A stretch of DNA of 64,000 nt from Chlamydiia bacterium (GTDB taxonomy: Bacteria > Chlamydiota > Chlamydiia > Chlamydiales > Rhabdochlamydiaceae). The stretch is from positions 301,056 to 365,055 of the forward strand of contig CAWDOQ010000002.1 of NCBI GenBank assembly GCA_963804085.1, given 5' to 3'. The translations under genes were made by a program, and so were the position numbers. The notes under the pieces are model-generated. The model ran no database searches, had not been told where the DNA came from, and saw nothing but the letters and a program-made list of their open reading frames with translations. Of this stretch, positions 20,990-30,775 are shown one piece after another; position 1 is the stretch's first letter, and every line of letters begins with the position of its first letter.

Positions 20990-22657
20990 TTAATTCTTCA
21001 AAAACTTATCCGACCTCTTTATTTTAAACAAGAAAGAAAAAGCAAGACTTAAGAAACAAAGGGTGATCAAACACCCATCGCCCCAGTAGGTATATAAAGT
21101 TTTATAATGGTAAAGCGAAAGCGGAAGAGCGACCAGACCCATCTGTAATTTATTGTTCTCATCTAACTCTCCCAACTTTCCTTTGACACGTCCTAAACTA
21201 TCAATCGCAGCTGTTATCCCCGTGTTGCAGGAGCGAACCAGCGGCACACCATTTTCCACTGTACGTAAACGCGCATGGTCAAAATGCTGCTGAGGCAAAC
21301 GCGAAAATGGGTAGTAGTTGTCGTTTGTCAAATTGATGAATAGAGAGGCGCCTTTCATCCGACTTAAGCGCATCAAATGGGGAAAGGTCTCCTCATAGCA
21401 GATCGAAAGAGCGATCGGTCGTGCCCCCTGAAAGACCTTGCTCTCCTCTCCCTTAGTAAAAAATTCTGCGATTCCATACTTTTTTACATAGGGCAGGCAC
21501 CAGTTAAAAGGCAGGTACTCTGCAAGAGGAAGCAAGATCTGCTTCTCATATCTTTCACAAGAAAGCCTGCTAGGTAAAAGATGAAATGCTGCATTGTAGT
21601 TTTCTTTTAACACCGTCTCGCGATCATCTAACCCAATTACCACTTCCGCATCAAAATGCGCAGCAATAGTTTGGGCCCAAAAAAGGTTGGAGACAAGCCA
21701 CCTCTCTTTTCCTGCGATCTCCTTCTTTTCTGCGTAGGGTGGATGAAGCGGAGGAAACAGTTCTGCGCCTAGCTCTCTTTGCAACATCTTCACCGCATCT
21801 TCTATTGGATAAAGTGGCTCCTTAGCTAAAAAGGGAAGAGCTGCTTCGGGAAGAACAATCAGATCGAACTTCTCCTTCCCCTCTTCTTTTAACAGCCTCA
21901 GGATTCGCCGCCACTGCTCCCAGGGAGAAAGAAAATCTTTAGCACGGCCACCCATCGGTATTTTTTCCGAAGGAAGAAGACCGGTCTGGACGAGGGCAAC
22001 AGAGAGCTCTTCACCCGGCATATGCGCATGGTAAGCGAGATGAGCGATACCGAACAGATAAGGAAAAGAGAGAAAACCTAAAGAGAGAATAGCCGTTTTG
22101 CGCACACGCCCGCGGACAAAACTATATAGGGCAGCATTGGTCAGCATCACCCAAAAAGAGAGGCCGAGCACACCCCAGACGCTCGCGAGCTGCAGTGAAG
22201 GGAGATAGGATGTCAAGCTGATGCCCACAAGATTAAATGAAAGGCCGCAGAGAAAATAGAAACGCACCCACTCCATCAGCGTCCACAAAGAGGCAACCGT
22301 GAGCATCTCCAAGAAACGCATTCCCCGATCTTTTGGGATAAGGAGGGTGAGCAGGCCAAACTGCAATCCTAAAGCAAGTGCAAGTAAAAGATAGACCACC
22401 AGAATGTAAACACCCTGGTACTCGATAGAAGTCATCCAAGAGAGCTGCACAAGCTGGACAGCTGCAAACCAGATAGCTGCTTTATAAAAACGCCCGCTGC
22501 CACGCACTCCATACCAAAAGAGCGCAAAACCGCACGCAGCGGCTACCGGCCCAAGCCATGGCAGCCACCCGGGCTGCCCGAATGCAACAATGATAAAGCT
22601 TAAAAAACTACTTAGAAGCGCTCTCTGGTTTTTTAACAGGTAGATCACCCTTTCCAT
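20990..22657 (-). CDS. lnt: Apolipoprotein N-acyltransferase
   Basis: Multi-TM N-terminus and nitrilase triad (LPE, YEKQILLP, ICYE); start approximate. Confidence 0.93.
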   Translation of the reverse strand: MERVIYLLKNQRALLSSFLSFIIVAFGQPGWLPWLGPVAAACGFALFWYGVRGSGRFYKAAIWFAAVQLVQLSWMTSIEYQGVYILVVYLLLALALGLQFGLLTLLIPKDRGMRFLEMLTVASLWTLMEWVRFYFLCGLSFNLVGISLTSYLPSLQLASVWGVLGLSFWVMLTNAALYSFVRGRVRKTAILSLGFLSFPYLFGIAHLAYHAHMPGEELSVALVQTGLLPSEKIPMGGRAKDFLSPWEQWRRILRLLKEEGKEKFDLIVLPEAALPFLAKEPLYPIEDAVKMLQRELGAELFPPLHPPYAEKKEIAGKERWLVSNLFWAQTIAAHFDAEVVIGLDDRETVLKENYNAAFHLLPSRLSCERYEKQILLPLAEYLPFNWCLPYVKKYGIAEFFTKGEESKVFQGARPIALSICYEETFPHLMRLSRMKGASLFINLTNDNYYPFSRLPQQHFDHARLRTVENGVPLVRSCNTGITAAIDSLGRVKGKLGELDENNKLQMGLVALPLSLYHYKTLYTYWGDGCLITLCFLSLAFSFLFKIKRSDKFLKN

Positions 22658-23072
22658 AAGCCAATAGGATGAGCAAACCGCCAAAAATACTCAAATTCTT
22701 TAAGAACATAATCATCTGAAGCTCCCGATCGGCTCCTTGCAGCCACCAGAAGTGGTGACAGAAAAAAGTAGCAGGGAGCAAAAAGAGGAGCAAAAGAAAA
22801 GCCCCAAAGCGCACTTTGACACCAAAAAAGACCAGAAGCCCGCCGAAAATCTGGAAAAAGACAGCCACAAGAAGCAAGAGATGCGAAAGAGGTAGCAGCA
22901 TCCCCATCATCGAATGGAGCTCACCGCCTGGCTGCAAAAAGTTAACCGTCTCCGTCATAGCATTCGCCACCAAGCTCTCTGTCCCCTCCCAACTCATCAT
23001 CATATTAATAGCCGACAGAATAAAGATCAGGCTAAGACAAACCCTTCCAAAAAGCGCCACAAGCGATTTCAT
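22608..23072 (-). CDS. DoxX family membrane protein
   Basis: GRVCLSLIF, HHFW and FLKNLSIFGGLL motifs. Confidence 0.88.
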   Translation of the reverse strand: MKSLVALFGRVCLSLIFILSAINMMMSWEGTESLVANAMTETVNFLQPGGELHSMMGMLLPLSHLLLLVAVFFQIFGGLLVFFGVKVRFGAFLLLLFLLPATFFCHHFWWLQGADRELQMIMFLKNLSIFGGLLILLAYGKGDLPVKKPESASK

Positions 23073-23139
23073 TGCAAACTCCTATTAAGAATAATTTATA
23101 AATAACAGAAATGGAAAATAGGTGAAATCTTTTTAAGTA

Positions 23140-23799
23140 GCTGACCCATACACATGTCGGGGGACGAGCGATTCTCGTCCCGCCCCCCTGCTGGCCCCCT
23201 TGCGCCTCACCTCGCTGTGCCAAATCACGTGCTCGTCGGGGGGCCGTGTATAACACGGCACCGCCACGCGCTTTCGCGCTCTCCTGCGGCAGTGATTTTG
23301 CTGTGCGATCTGAGTCGATTGGCTGCTCGGCGCATTCCCTCCCCACTCCTTCGTCGCGGGGCCCCTTCCATGTCGGCTCGCAGAGCCATCCTTAAAGAGT
23401 GTATCTTTCTTGTATGGAGTGCGGCGACTCGTCGCCGCTTTTCTCCATCGGGACTTGTCACGATGCCTCTTTGAAGAGCAGCGACAAGTCGCTGTCTAAC
23501 AAAGCGGCGACGAGTCGCCGCACTCCACATAAGAGTGTATCCAAGCATTGACAGGCTCTGCGACACGACGCGAGGAGGGACCCGCGCTGAAAGCGTGGGA
23601 GGTGAGCGCGCGAGCAGCCATTCGACTCAGATCGCACAGCAAAATTGTACCACAGGAGAGCGCGAAAGCGCGTGGCGGTGCCGTGTTATACACGGCCCCC
23701 CGACGAGGACACGATTTGGCAAAGCGAGGTGAGGCGCAAGGGGGCCAGCGGGGGACATGCGCACGAAGTGGCTTGTCCCCGACATGTGTATAGGTAAGC
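23140..23799. repeat. Large nested palindrome: ~245-bp imperfect inverted arms around a REP-like element
   Basis: 23140-23387 is the imperfect reverse complement of 23554-23799, for example GGGGGCCGTGTATAACACGGCACCGCCACGCGCTTTCGCGCTCTCCTG. Confidence 0.9.
23415..23527. repeat. REP/MITE-like element (TGGAGTGCGG family) at the palindrome centre
   Basis: 27-bp perfect inverted repeat TGGAGTGCGGCGACTCGTCGCCGCTTT/AAAGCGGCGACGAGTCGCCGCACTCCA, flanked by the direct repeat AAGAGTGTATC (23395-23405 and 23531-23541). Confidence 0.88.
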
Positions 23800-23801
23800 C
23801 C

Positions 23802-24254
23802 CTAAATAGATTTTACAAAGCTTTTGTAATAGTCTAGGGCTTCTTTGCCGCCGATGATTAGGGGGAGGTGGAGGGCTTGGGCGGGGGTTACCCATCTGGC
23901 TTCTGCGTGTTCGTTTTGGGCGAGGAGTAAAGCGGGGATCTCTGCAAACTGGGTATGAAAGAGGTAGAAGATGTAGTCCATTTCGGGGAGGCACATGTAG
24001 AGAGGGCCCATGTCGGTCAAGGCTCCGTCTGGAATTTTCACTCCCACCTCTTCGTACACCTCTCGAATGATAGCTGCGCGAGGAGTCTCTCCCTTCTCCA
24101 GCTTACCTCCGGGTAGACACCAGGTGTTGGGTTGAGGTCTGCCCTGCTGTCTTTTTAAGAAGAGAATTTTGTCACCACACACGCAGTAGCAACCGGCGAC
24201 TTCCATCGCAGGAGCAAAATCATCGGGACGTTCTGTACAAACTTTGTATCTCAT
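23802..24254 (-). CDS. NUDIX hydrolase
   Basis: Nudix box GGKLEKGETPRAAIIREVYEEVG. Confidence 0.93.
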   Translation of the reverse strand: MRYKVCTERPDDFAPAMEVAGCYCVCGDKILFLKRQQGRPQPNTWCLPGGKLEKGETPRAAIIREVYEEVGVKIPDGALTDMGPLYMCLPEMDYIFYLFHTQFAEIPALLLAQNEHAEARWVTPAQALHLPLIIGGKEALDYYKSFVKSI

Positions 24255-24332
24255 AGGAATGCGGGCAATTTTAGACCAATCTTCGATTTTCCACTAGATT
24301 TTAAGAAAGACAGAAGGCAGAATCTTTAAAAT

Positions 24333-25805
24333 ATGAAATTTTTCACAAAACTTGCCAAAGGCCTATTCGCAAAAAAGTCGATAGCTGCCGTACTAGAAGA
24401 AGCATCCGATAAAAAAGAGGGGCTAAAACGCGCCCTCGGCCCTTTAAACCTGACCGCCATTGGTATTGGTGCGATTATCGGTGCCGGACTTTTCGTCTTA
24501 ACGGGCGATGCTGCAGCAAATGCTGCGGGACCCGGCGTTCTCTTCTCGTTTCTTATCGCTGCCATCGTCTGCTGCTTTGCAGCGCTTTGCTACGCCGAAT
24601 TTGCTTCTCTTGTGCCGATTGCAGGTAGTGCTTACACCTACGCCTACATCGCGATGGGTGAATTCTTCGCTTGGATCATGGCGCTTGCCCTCACCCTGGA
24701 ATATCTTTTTTCGTCTGCGACAGTCTCGGTGGGTTGGTCCGGTTATTTTGCCAGCTTAATGCGCGACTTTGGCATCGACTTGCCTGCAGTTCTTTCTAAA
24801 GCCCCCCTCATGCACACTGCACAAGACGGTTGGGTGCTGACAGGCGCTTTTATCAATTTACCAGCTGTGATCATCATCGGCCTCCTCGCTATACTTGTTT
24901 CTCGAGGCGTGCAATCTGCAGCATTTCTAAATAACATCCTTGTCTACGTAAAAATCATCGTGATTCTGCTCTTCATCGGATTTGGCGTCTCTTTGATTAA
25001 GAGCGACAATCTCTTCCCTCTCATTCCTCCTAATACCGGAACGTTTGGAGAGTTTGGCTGGAGCGGAATCTTGCGCGGGGCAGGGATCGTCTTCTTTGCG
25101 TTTTTGGGATTTGACTCTGTCTCTACTCTTGCTCAAGAAGCCAAAAATCCAAAGCGGGATCTTCCCATCGGTATGCTCGGATCGTTAGGGATATCCAGCG
25201 TCCTCTACATGATATTTGCAGTTGTATTGACCGGAGTTGTGAGCTACAAAATGCTCGGCGTAGAAGATCCAATCGCCGTCGCCGTAAATGCCTTCGGCCC
25301 TCAATTTAAATGGCTGCGCTACATCGTCAACTTTGCTATTTTGAGCGGTCTTACCTCCGTGACCCTCGTGATGCTCATGGGACAAGCGCGCATCTTTTAC
25401 ACTATTTCACATGATGGACTTCTCCCTAAAGCATTCGGAACGGTCCACCCTAAATTCCGCACACCCTATTTTTCCACATTTGTAGTGGCGATTACCGGTA
25501 TGGTCCTTGCCGGCTTTTTCCCAGTAGGAATTTTAGGCAAACTCACCTCTATGGGCGCGCTCTTTGCCTTTGGCATGGTCTGCTTGGGAGTTTTCATTTT
25601 ACACTTCTCACAGCCGAAATTGCACCGCCCCTTTAAAACTCCTTGGTCGCCTTGGATCCCATTGCTCGGCACACTCTCTTGCTTCACGCTGATGGTACTA
25701 ATGCCAGCTGTTATCTGGTTACAGCTCGCCATCTTCCTTGTACTTGGGTGCACCTTCTACTTCTTGTACGGCAGGAAGCACAGCAAACTGCGCCAGAAAC
25801 AATAG
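24333..25805 (+). CDS. APC-family amino acid permease (cationic amino acid transporter-like)
   Basis: GIGAIIGAGLF, CYAEFAS, GSAYTY and FFAFLGFD motifs; about 12 TM segments. Confidence 0.94.
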   Translation: MKFFTKLAKGLFAKKSIAAVLEEASDKKEGLKRALGPLNLTAIGIGAIIGAGLFVLTGDAAANAAGPGVLFSFLIAAIVCCFAALCYAEFASLVPIAGSAYTYAYIAMGEFFAWIMALALTLEYLFSSATVSVGWSGYFASLMRDFGIDLPAVLSKAPLMHTAQDGWVLTGAFINLPAVIIIGLLAILVSRGVQSAAFLNNILVYVKIIVILLFIGFGVSLIKSDNLFPLIPPNTGTFGEFGWSGILRGAGIVFFAFLGFDSVSTLAQEAKNPKRDLPIGMLGSLGISSVLYMIFAVVLTGVVSYKMLGVEDPIAVAVNAFGPQFKWLRYIVNFAILSGLTSVTLVMLMGQARIFYTISHDGLLPKAFGTVHPKFRTPYFSTFVVAITGMVLAGFFPVGILGKLTSMGALFAFGMVCLGVFILHFSQPKLHRPFKTPWSPWIPLLGTLSCFTLMVLMPAVIWLQLAIFLVLGCTFYFLYGRKHSKLRQKQ

Positions 25806-25858
25806 TTTTTTTTAATTTTCCAACGAAATAAGAATTGGTGTATAAATGAACAATTATT

Positions 25859-26992
25859 ATGCACAACTCTTTTCAAAAACGACATATATTTGACATTCTT
25901 TCTTCCTACGAAGAACAAAGGTCTCCTTTAGACCTATTCTTAAGCGGGTATTTCCGCGCTCACAAATCCGTAGGCGCAAATGATAGACGCCTCATCTGCC
26001 AAACCGTCTACGGGATGATCCGCTGGAAAGGGCTCCTTGACCACTTTGTTGGAAAGACTCCTTGCTGGGAGGGCAGGTACGCCATTTTTGTCGGAATAAA
26101 CCCCCTCGATTTTCGGGAAAAAGAAGAGATCCCTATTCACGTCCGCGCCAGCTTTCCCAAAGCCTATTTTGAACTTTTAGAAGAAAATTATGGGCAGGAA
26201 AAAGCGTTAGAACTTGCGCTTATCAGCAATCAGGAAGCGCCCACCACAATTCGTGTGAATCTTTTGAAGACTACTCGCGAAGCACTCTTCGAAAAGTGGA
26301 AAAAAGAGTATGCCGTGTCCCTCTCTACCCACTCTCCTTGGGGCATCCATTTCCATAAAAAGATCAACTTTCTGGCAACAGATGAGTTCAAACAGGGCCT
26401 CTTCGAAATACAAGATGAGGGGAGCCAACTCATCGCACGCCTCGTCGGCGCCTCTGCCGGCCAAGAAGTATTAGATTTTTGCGCAGGAGCAGGAGGCAAA
26501 ACACTTGCTTTTGCTCCCATCATGCAAAACAAGGGACAGGTCTATCTACACGACATCCGTCCTTTGGCTTTAGAGCAGGCAAAAAAAAGACTGCGCCGTG
26601 CAGGCATCCAAAATGCGCAAGTCTTGCTGCCAGACTCACCTAAGAAAAAACTCTTAAAAAAACGGATGGACTGGGTGCTGCTAGATGTGCCTTGCTCCGG
26701 ATCAGGCACATTGCGGCGCAACCCCGACATGAAGTGGAAATTTGACACCGCAATTGTGGACAGACTAGTCGAAGAGCAAAGACGCATCGTAGAAGAAGCG
26801 CTCGTCTATTTGCGCCCGGACGGCTTTTTAGTCTATGCGACTTGCAGCCTCTTTAAACAAGAGAATGAGGAGCAGATCGCCTTTTTCGAAAAAACATTTA
26901 ACTTAAAGTGTGTAGGGACCCCGTTTTATTGCCACCCACAGAGCGGCGGCATGGATGGATTTTTTGGAGCACTTTTAAAAAGAGCCTTTTGA
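25859..26992 (+). CDS. RsmB/NOP (Fmu/Sun) RNA m5C methyltransferase
   Basis: QDEGSQ, DFCAGAGGKT, DVPCSGSG and YATCS motifs. Confidence 0.93.
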   Translation: MHNSFQKRHIFDILSSYEEQRSPLDLFLSGYFRAHKSVGANDRRLICQTVYGMIRWKGLLDHFVGKTPCWEGRYAIFVGINPLDFREKEEIPIHVRASFPKAYFELLEENYGQEKALELALISNQEAPTTIRVNLLKTTREALFEKWKKEYAVSLSTHSPWGIHFHKKINFLATDEFKQGLFEIQDEGSQLIARLVGASAGQEVLDFCAGAGGKTLAFAPIMQNKGQVYLHDIRPLALEQAKKRLRRAGIQNAQVLLPDSPKKKLLKKRMDWVLLDVPCSGSGTLRRNPDMKWKFDTAIVDRLVEEQRRIVEEALVYLRPDGFLVYATCSLFKQENEEQIAFFEKTFNLKCVGTPFYCHPQSGGMDGFFGALLKRAF

Positions 26993-26993
26993 T

Positions 26994-28061
26994 ATGCTGA
27001 CCAACATGAAAATGGTAAAACCTCTTTTTGTTCTTTTTTCATTGCTTGCTACGCAAAGTCTTATTGCGGACAGCTCGTCTCCTCTTCTCTTCCCTGAACA
27101 AGACGGTCATGAGCTTATCGTAAATAACCGGATTCTTGCTAAAGTGCATGGCAAAACTATCTCTGTCATCGACGTGATGAAAAAGATGGATGTATTTTTA
27201 TCACGCGCCTATCCGGAACATGCGGACTCAAAAGTGGCTCGCTTCCAGTTTTATTCGACGCAGTGGAAAAACACCCTTTCGCAGATAATCGACAGCGAAC
27301 TCATGCTCGCCGATGCCGAAGGGATAGAGCTTAAGATCAGCGATGGGGATGTACGCGAGACTTTGCAAGAGCGCTTTGGCCCCAATGTGATGCTTAACTT
27401 AGAGAAGATCGGCATCAGCTACGAAGAGGCACGCCAGATGATCCATAGCGAGATCGCTGCACAGCGCATGAGCTGGTACCGCATCCAATCCAAAGCACTG
27501 CTGAGCGTCAATCCGCAAGATATCAAAGCTGCCTACAAAGAGTACTGCCAAAAAAATCCAGCTATGGAGACTTGCAAGTATCAAGTCCTATCCCTGCGCG
27601 CCAAAGAAGAAGCTGCTACAAAAGAGGCCGCTCAGATGGCATACGAGAAACTTCTAAAGAACGAGACAGATCTTGCTAGCGTCTACGAGTCTTTAAAAAA
27701 TAACCCCGATTTTACTGCCACTCTCTCGCAAGAGTACACTGCCGAAGAAAAAAGCTTATCCGCCTCGCACAAAGAGGTTTTAGCAACGCTGACCCCGGGC
27801 TCTTTTAGCTGTCCTGCTTGCCAGACCAGCCGTGTCGACAAGAGTGTTGTCTTTCGTATTTTTAATCTAAAAGAGCGCACCCGCAAAGAGCTTCCTCCTT
27901 TCGAAAAGATGGCAGACCAGCTGCATGAGGAGCTTGTCGACAAGGCGATTGCAAGAGAGAGCGCTGTCTATCTCCCCAAATTGCGTGCGCGGTTTAACTT
28001 CGACACAAAATCATTGGAAGCCTCTATCGGGCCCGACTTTCAACCCTTCTCCCTCCGATGA
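26994..28061 (+). CDS. SurA-like periplasmic chaperone (SurA N-terminal domain)
   Basis: Signal peptide, NNRILAKVHGKTIS and LSQIIDSELML segments; upstream of rsmA. Confidence 0.7.
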   Translation: MLTNMKMVKPLFVLFSLLATQSLIADSSSPLLFPEQDGHELIVNNRILAKVHGKTISVIDVMKKMDVFLSRAYPEHADSKVARFQFYSTQWKNTLSQIIDSELMLADAEGIELKISDGDVRETLQERFGPNVMLNLEKIGISYEEARQMIHSEIAAQRMSWYRIQSKALLSVNPQDIKAAYKEYCQKNPAMETCKYQVLSLRAKEEAATKEAAQMAYEKLLKNETDLASVYESLKNNPDFTATLSQEYTAEEKSLSASHKEVLATLTPGSFSCPACQTSRVDKSVVFRIFNLKERTRKELPPFEKMADQLHEELVDKAIARESAVYLPKLRARFNFDTKSLEASIGPDFQPFSLR

Positions 28062-28939
28062 GCCTCTTCCGACCTAGCACACTTCTCCCACATCTTGAAG
28101 CGAACAACCTGCATCCTAAAAAGAGGCTATCCCAAAACTTTTTAATCGATGGGAATATCATACGCAAAATTGTCCAAACAGCTCGCGTTGAACAAGAGGA
28201 TCTTGTCGTAGAGATCGGACCGGGCCCAGGCGCATTGACACAAGCCCTTTTGCAAAAAGGGTGCCAGCTGCTTGCGGTTGAAAAGGACGATGCGTTTGCA
28301 GAGGCCTTGCAAGCCCTTTCTACATCCGATAACCGTTTAGAGATCTTCGCAGAGGATGCCCTCACCTTTCCTCTCGAATCCTTGCTGCAAGAGAGGCTTA
28401 AAATTGGGCAGAAGGCAAAAGTCGTCGCAAACCTGCCCTATCACATCACCACACCTATTTTGAGTCGCCTGCTTCCCCTACACTCTCTAATCGACTCACT
28501 CACCTTGATGGTTCAAAAAGAGGTCGCTTTGCGCTTTGTCGCCAAGAAAAACTGCTCCGATTACAGCTCCCTCACTCTCTTCACCAACTTTTACAGCACA
28601 CCTACACTCGCCTTTACAGTCGAACCCACCTGCTTCTATCCAAAACCCAAGGTGCAGTCGGCAGTTGTCCATTTTGTTTTAAAACAGCCGCCCTTAGAAA
28701 CTCCTCTACACCCTAAGTTCTTCAAGTTGACTAGATCCACCTTCCAGAAGCGGCGCAAGATGCTCCGCTCGTCACTAAAAGAGCAGTGCAGCCCTTCTTT
28801 GTTGGAAGAGCTTCTAAAGGAGCAGGGCCTCTCCGGACAAGCAAGGCCCGAAGATTTGGATTTAAACGACTTTCTTGCGCTTTTTCGAGGGCTTAATGGT
28901 GCGGTAGATGAGAAAGCCGAAGAGTCCGAGCACTCCTAG
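28058..28939 (+). CDS. rsmA: 16S rRNA adenine dimethyltransferase
   Basis: KKRLSQNFLID, VEIGPGPG, VANLPYHIT and MVQKEVA motifs. Confidence 0.96.
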   Translation: MSLFRPSTLLPHLEANNLHPKKRLSQNFLIDGNIIRKIVQTARVEQEDLVVEIGPGPGALTQALLQKGCQLLAVEKDDAFAEALQALSTSDNRLEIFAEDALTFPLESLLQERLKIGQKAKVVANLPYHITTPILSRLLPLHSLIDSLTLMVQKEVALRFVAKKNCSDYSSLTLFTNFYSTPTLAFTVEPTCFYPKPKVQSAVVHFVLKQPPLETPLHPKFFKLTRSTFQKRRKMLRSSLKEQCSPSLLEELLKEQGLSGQARPEDLDLNDFLALFRGLNGAVDEKAEESEHS

Positions 28940-30140
28940 AACGATAACCACTTTGTTTCTGAAAATTGCTTGAAGACGCGCTCCGATACTCAAAGTGACA
29001 TCTGCTTTTGCCAAAAGCGGAGCTGCTTTTAAAAGATGCCCCTTTTCTGTGATAAGACGCACCTCTCCCACCGGATCTCCTTGATGCAGCGGCAGCGTGA
29101 TCTTATTCCAATGCGTCTCGGTTTTAAACTGCGGCTCCTCCGATGGATAGTAGGCAAGCTGTAGATCCTCTTTCAACGTCGCTTCCAAAAGAGTCTTGGC
29201 TCCCTTCACTTCCAAAGAGAAGCGGTCATACCCTTTGGCAAAAACGGTGCGCGTCATCTTTTTCTCTCGAAAAGCCATTTCAAAAAGCGAGATCGCCTCT
29301 TGATACCTGCGTATGCACATCAGAGCATCCCATAATCACCACGATGAGAGAGCGAGAGCCATCCTCGGCTGCAGCGACGAGATTGTGTCCTGCGCTCACA
29401 GTATAGCCCGTCTTGACTCCAATCGCCTTCGGGTAATGGTGAGGACTTCCCGGCTTTAAAAGCGCATTCGTCTGGACAAGAACCGTCTCCGGCTGCTTGT
29501 TGCTCTCTTTCTTGGTATAGCGCACTGTGCGCACAATCTCACGAAAAACAGGGTGCTTCATGGCCACCTGCGTCATACGAGCTAGATCGTAAGCCGTGGT
29601 CTTATGTTCTGCATGGGGCAGCCCGTGAGGCGTAAAAAAGATAGTCTCATTGCAGCCGATCCGCTTGAGGTAGAGATTCACCTCTTCCATGAACTTAGGT
29701 ACACTTCCTGAGACATACTCCCCGATTAGATTGGCCGCATCGTTTGCCGAGGCCACCATAAGGCCGTGAAGAAGAGTGTGAAAGGTGAGTTCTTCTCCTA
29801 CCTTAAGGCCCATATGCGAGCCGCCAAACTCCAGTCTATGAGGAGGGTGCTTTTTGGTCCTACGCACAGCAGGCGAGACAGCCGCGACTGCCTCATGTGT
29901 AGCCGAGATAACCTGGCCTAAACAATCCCCCTTCTTGGCGAGTGCATAAAGAGCCGTTGCAATCTTTGTCGTGCTCGCAGGAAAGGAGGGGACATGAGCG
30001 TTTTTCTCATAGAGGACTGCCCCTGTTTCTGCATTGATTAAAATAGCCGATGGGGAGGTGATATCGCTTTTAAGACGCTCCCCTGCAAAAGAGCTCGCGG
30101 CAGCAAAAAAGAAGATAGCCAATAGAGCAAATAAACGCAT
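28862..30140 (-). CDS. D-alanyl-D-alanine carboxypeptidase (peptidase S11), split by one frameshift near 29310
   Basis: STTK, SAN and KTG motifs in 29280-30155; C-terminal domain and TM anchor in 28862-29320. Removing one base gives ...CSDVHTRYQEAI. Confidence 0.9.
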
Positions 30141-30241
30141 GTTGTTAATTATCAATAAGAAGGAAAATTAATCCACTACAAAATGCTTGACAAGGAGATT
30201 TTTGAAATATAGACTAAAGAGATAGAGCTGAGGAGAAAAAA

Positions 30242-30676
30242 ATGGTCAACCCCATCCAACTGGAAGAGGCGTATAAGGAATTTACTCAGAATTTGCAAAA
30301 GTGGATACCGGACGGAGTTATTTCGGTAGATCTCACTCTTTTGCATGAGCTTGGGCTACTTTCTTTTGCAGAACTTGAACAGGCAACTCAGGACCCGATC
30401 AGCCACTACTTCCACGTGATTGAAACAAGCGACAAGGTCACTTTATTTAACGAGCAGTTTGCTATCTGGATCGTGCCTAAATCAGAAGAACCGACCCCCT
30501 CAACACTGACCTTTATCGCGCTTCTGCATGCAGGAAAGCCTCATCTAGAGATCGTCTTCTCATCCTCCGGCGTCTATAACTCCCCTAAATACATCCTCAA
30601 AGTGCTCCAGCACTTCCTGACAGAGGTTATCGACACCGAAGCGATCATCGCTGCCATCGGAAAGAAAGCACTATGA
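30242..30676 (+). CDS. Conserved chlamydial hypothetical protein (CT550-like by position)
   Basis: GAGGAG RBS; divergent from dac and near rsbW as in Chlamydia. Confidence 0.7.
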   Translation: MVNPIQLEEAYKEFTQNLQKWIPDGVISVDLTLLHELGLLSFAELEQATQDPISHYFHVIETSDKVTLFNEQFAIWIVPKSEEPTPSTLTFIALLHAGKPHLEIVFSSSGVYNSPKYILKVLQHFLTEVIDTEAIIAAIGKKAL

Positions 30677-30709
30677 ACTTATGAAGACGATTTCTTATTA
30701 AAAAAATCG

Positions 30710-30728
30710 AGGCGGGCTTCGCCCGCCT
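30710..30728 (-). promoter_or_regulatory. GC-rich hairpin with GAA loop (candidate DGR target hairpin and/or terminator)
   Basis: Minus strand AGGCGGGC-GAA-GCCCGCCT, 47 nt after the stop of the F-box gene, followed by CGA and T7. Confidence 0.6.
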
Positions 30729-30775
30729 TTCCAAAGACCAAAAGATCAATGCCCTTTTGCAAAAAGACCAAGTGT

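Noticed and set aside
23032-23793. Several 65-113 aa ORFs on both strands
   Set aside because: They are by-products of the GC-rich palindrome and give near-identical translations from the two arms.
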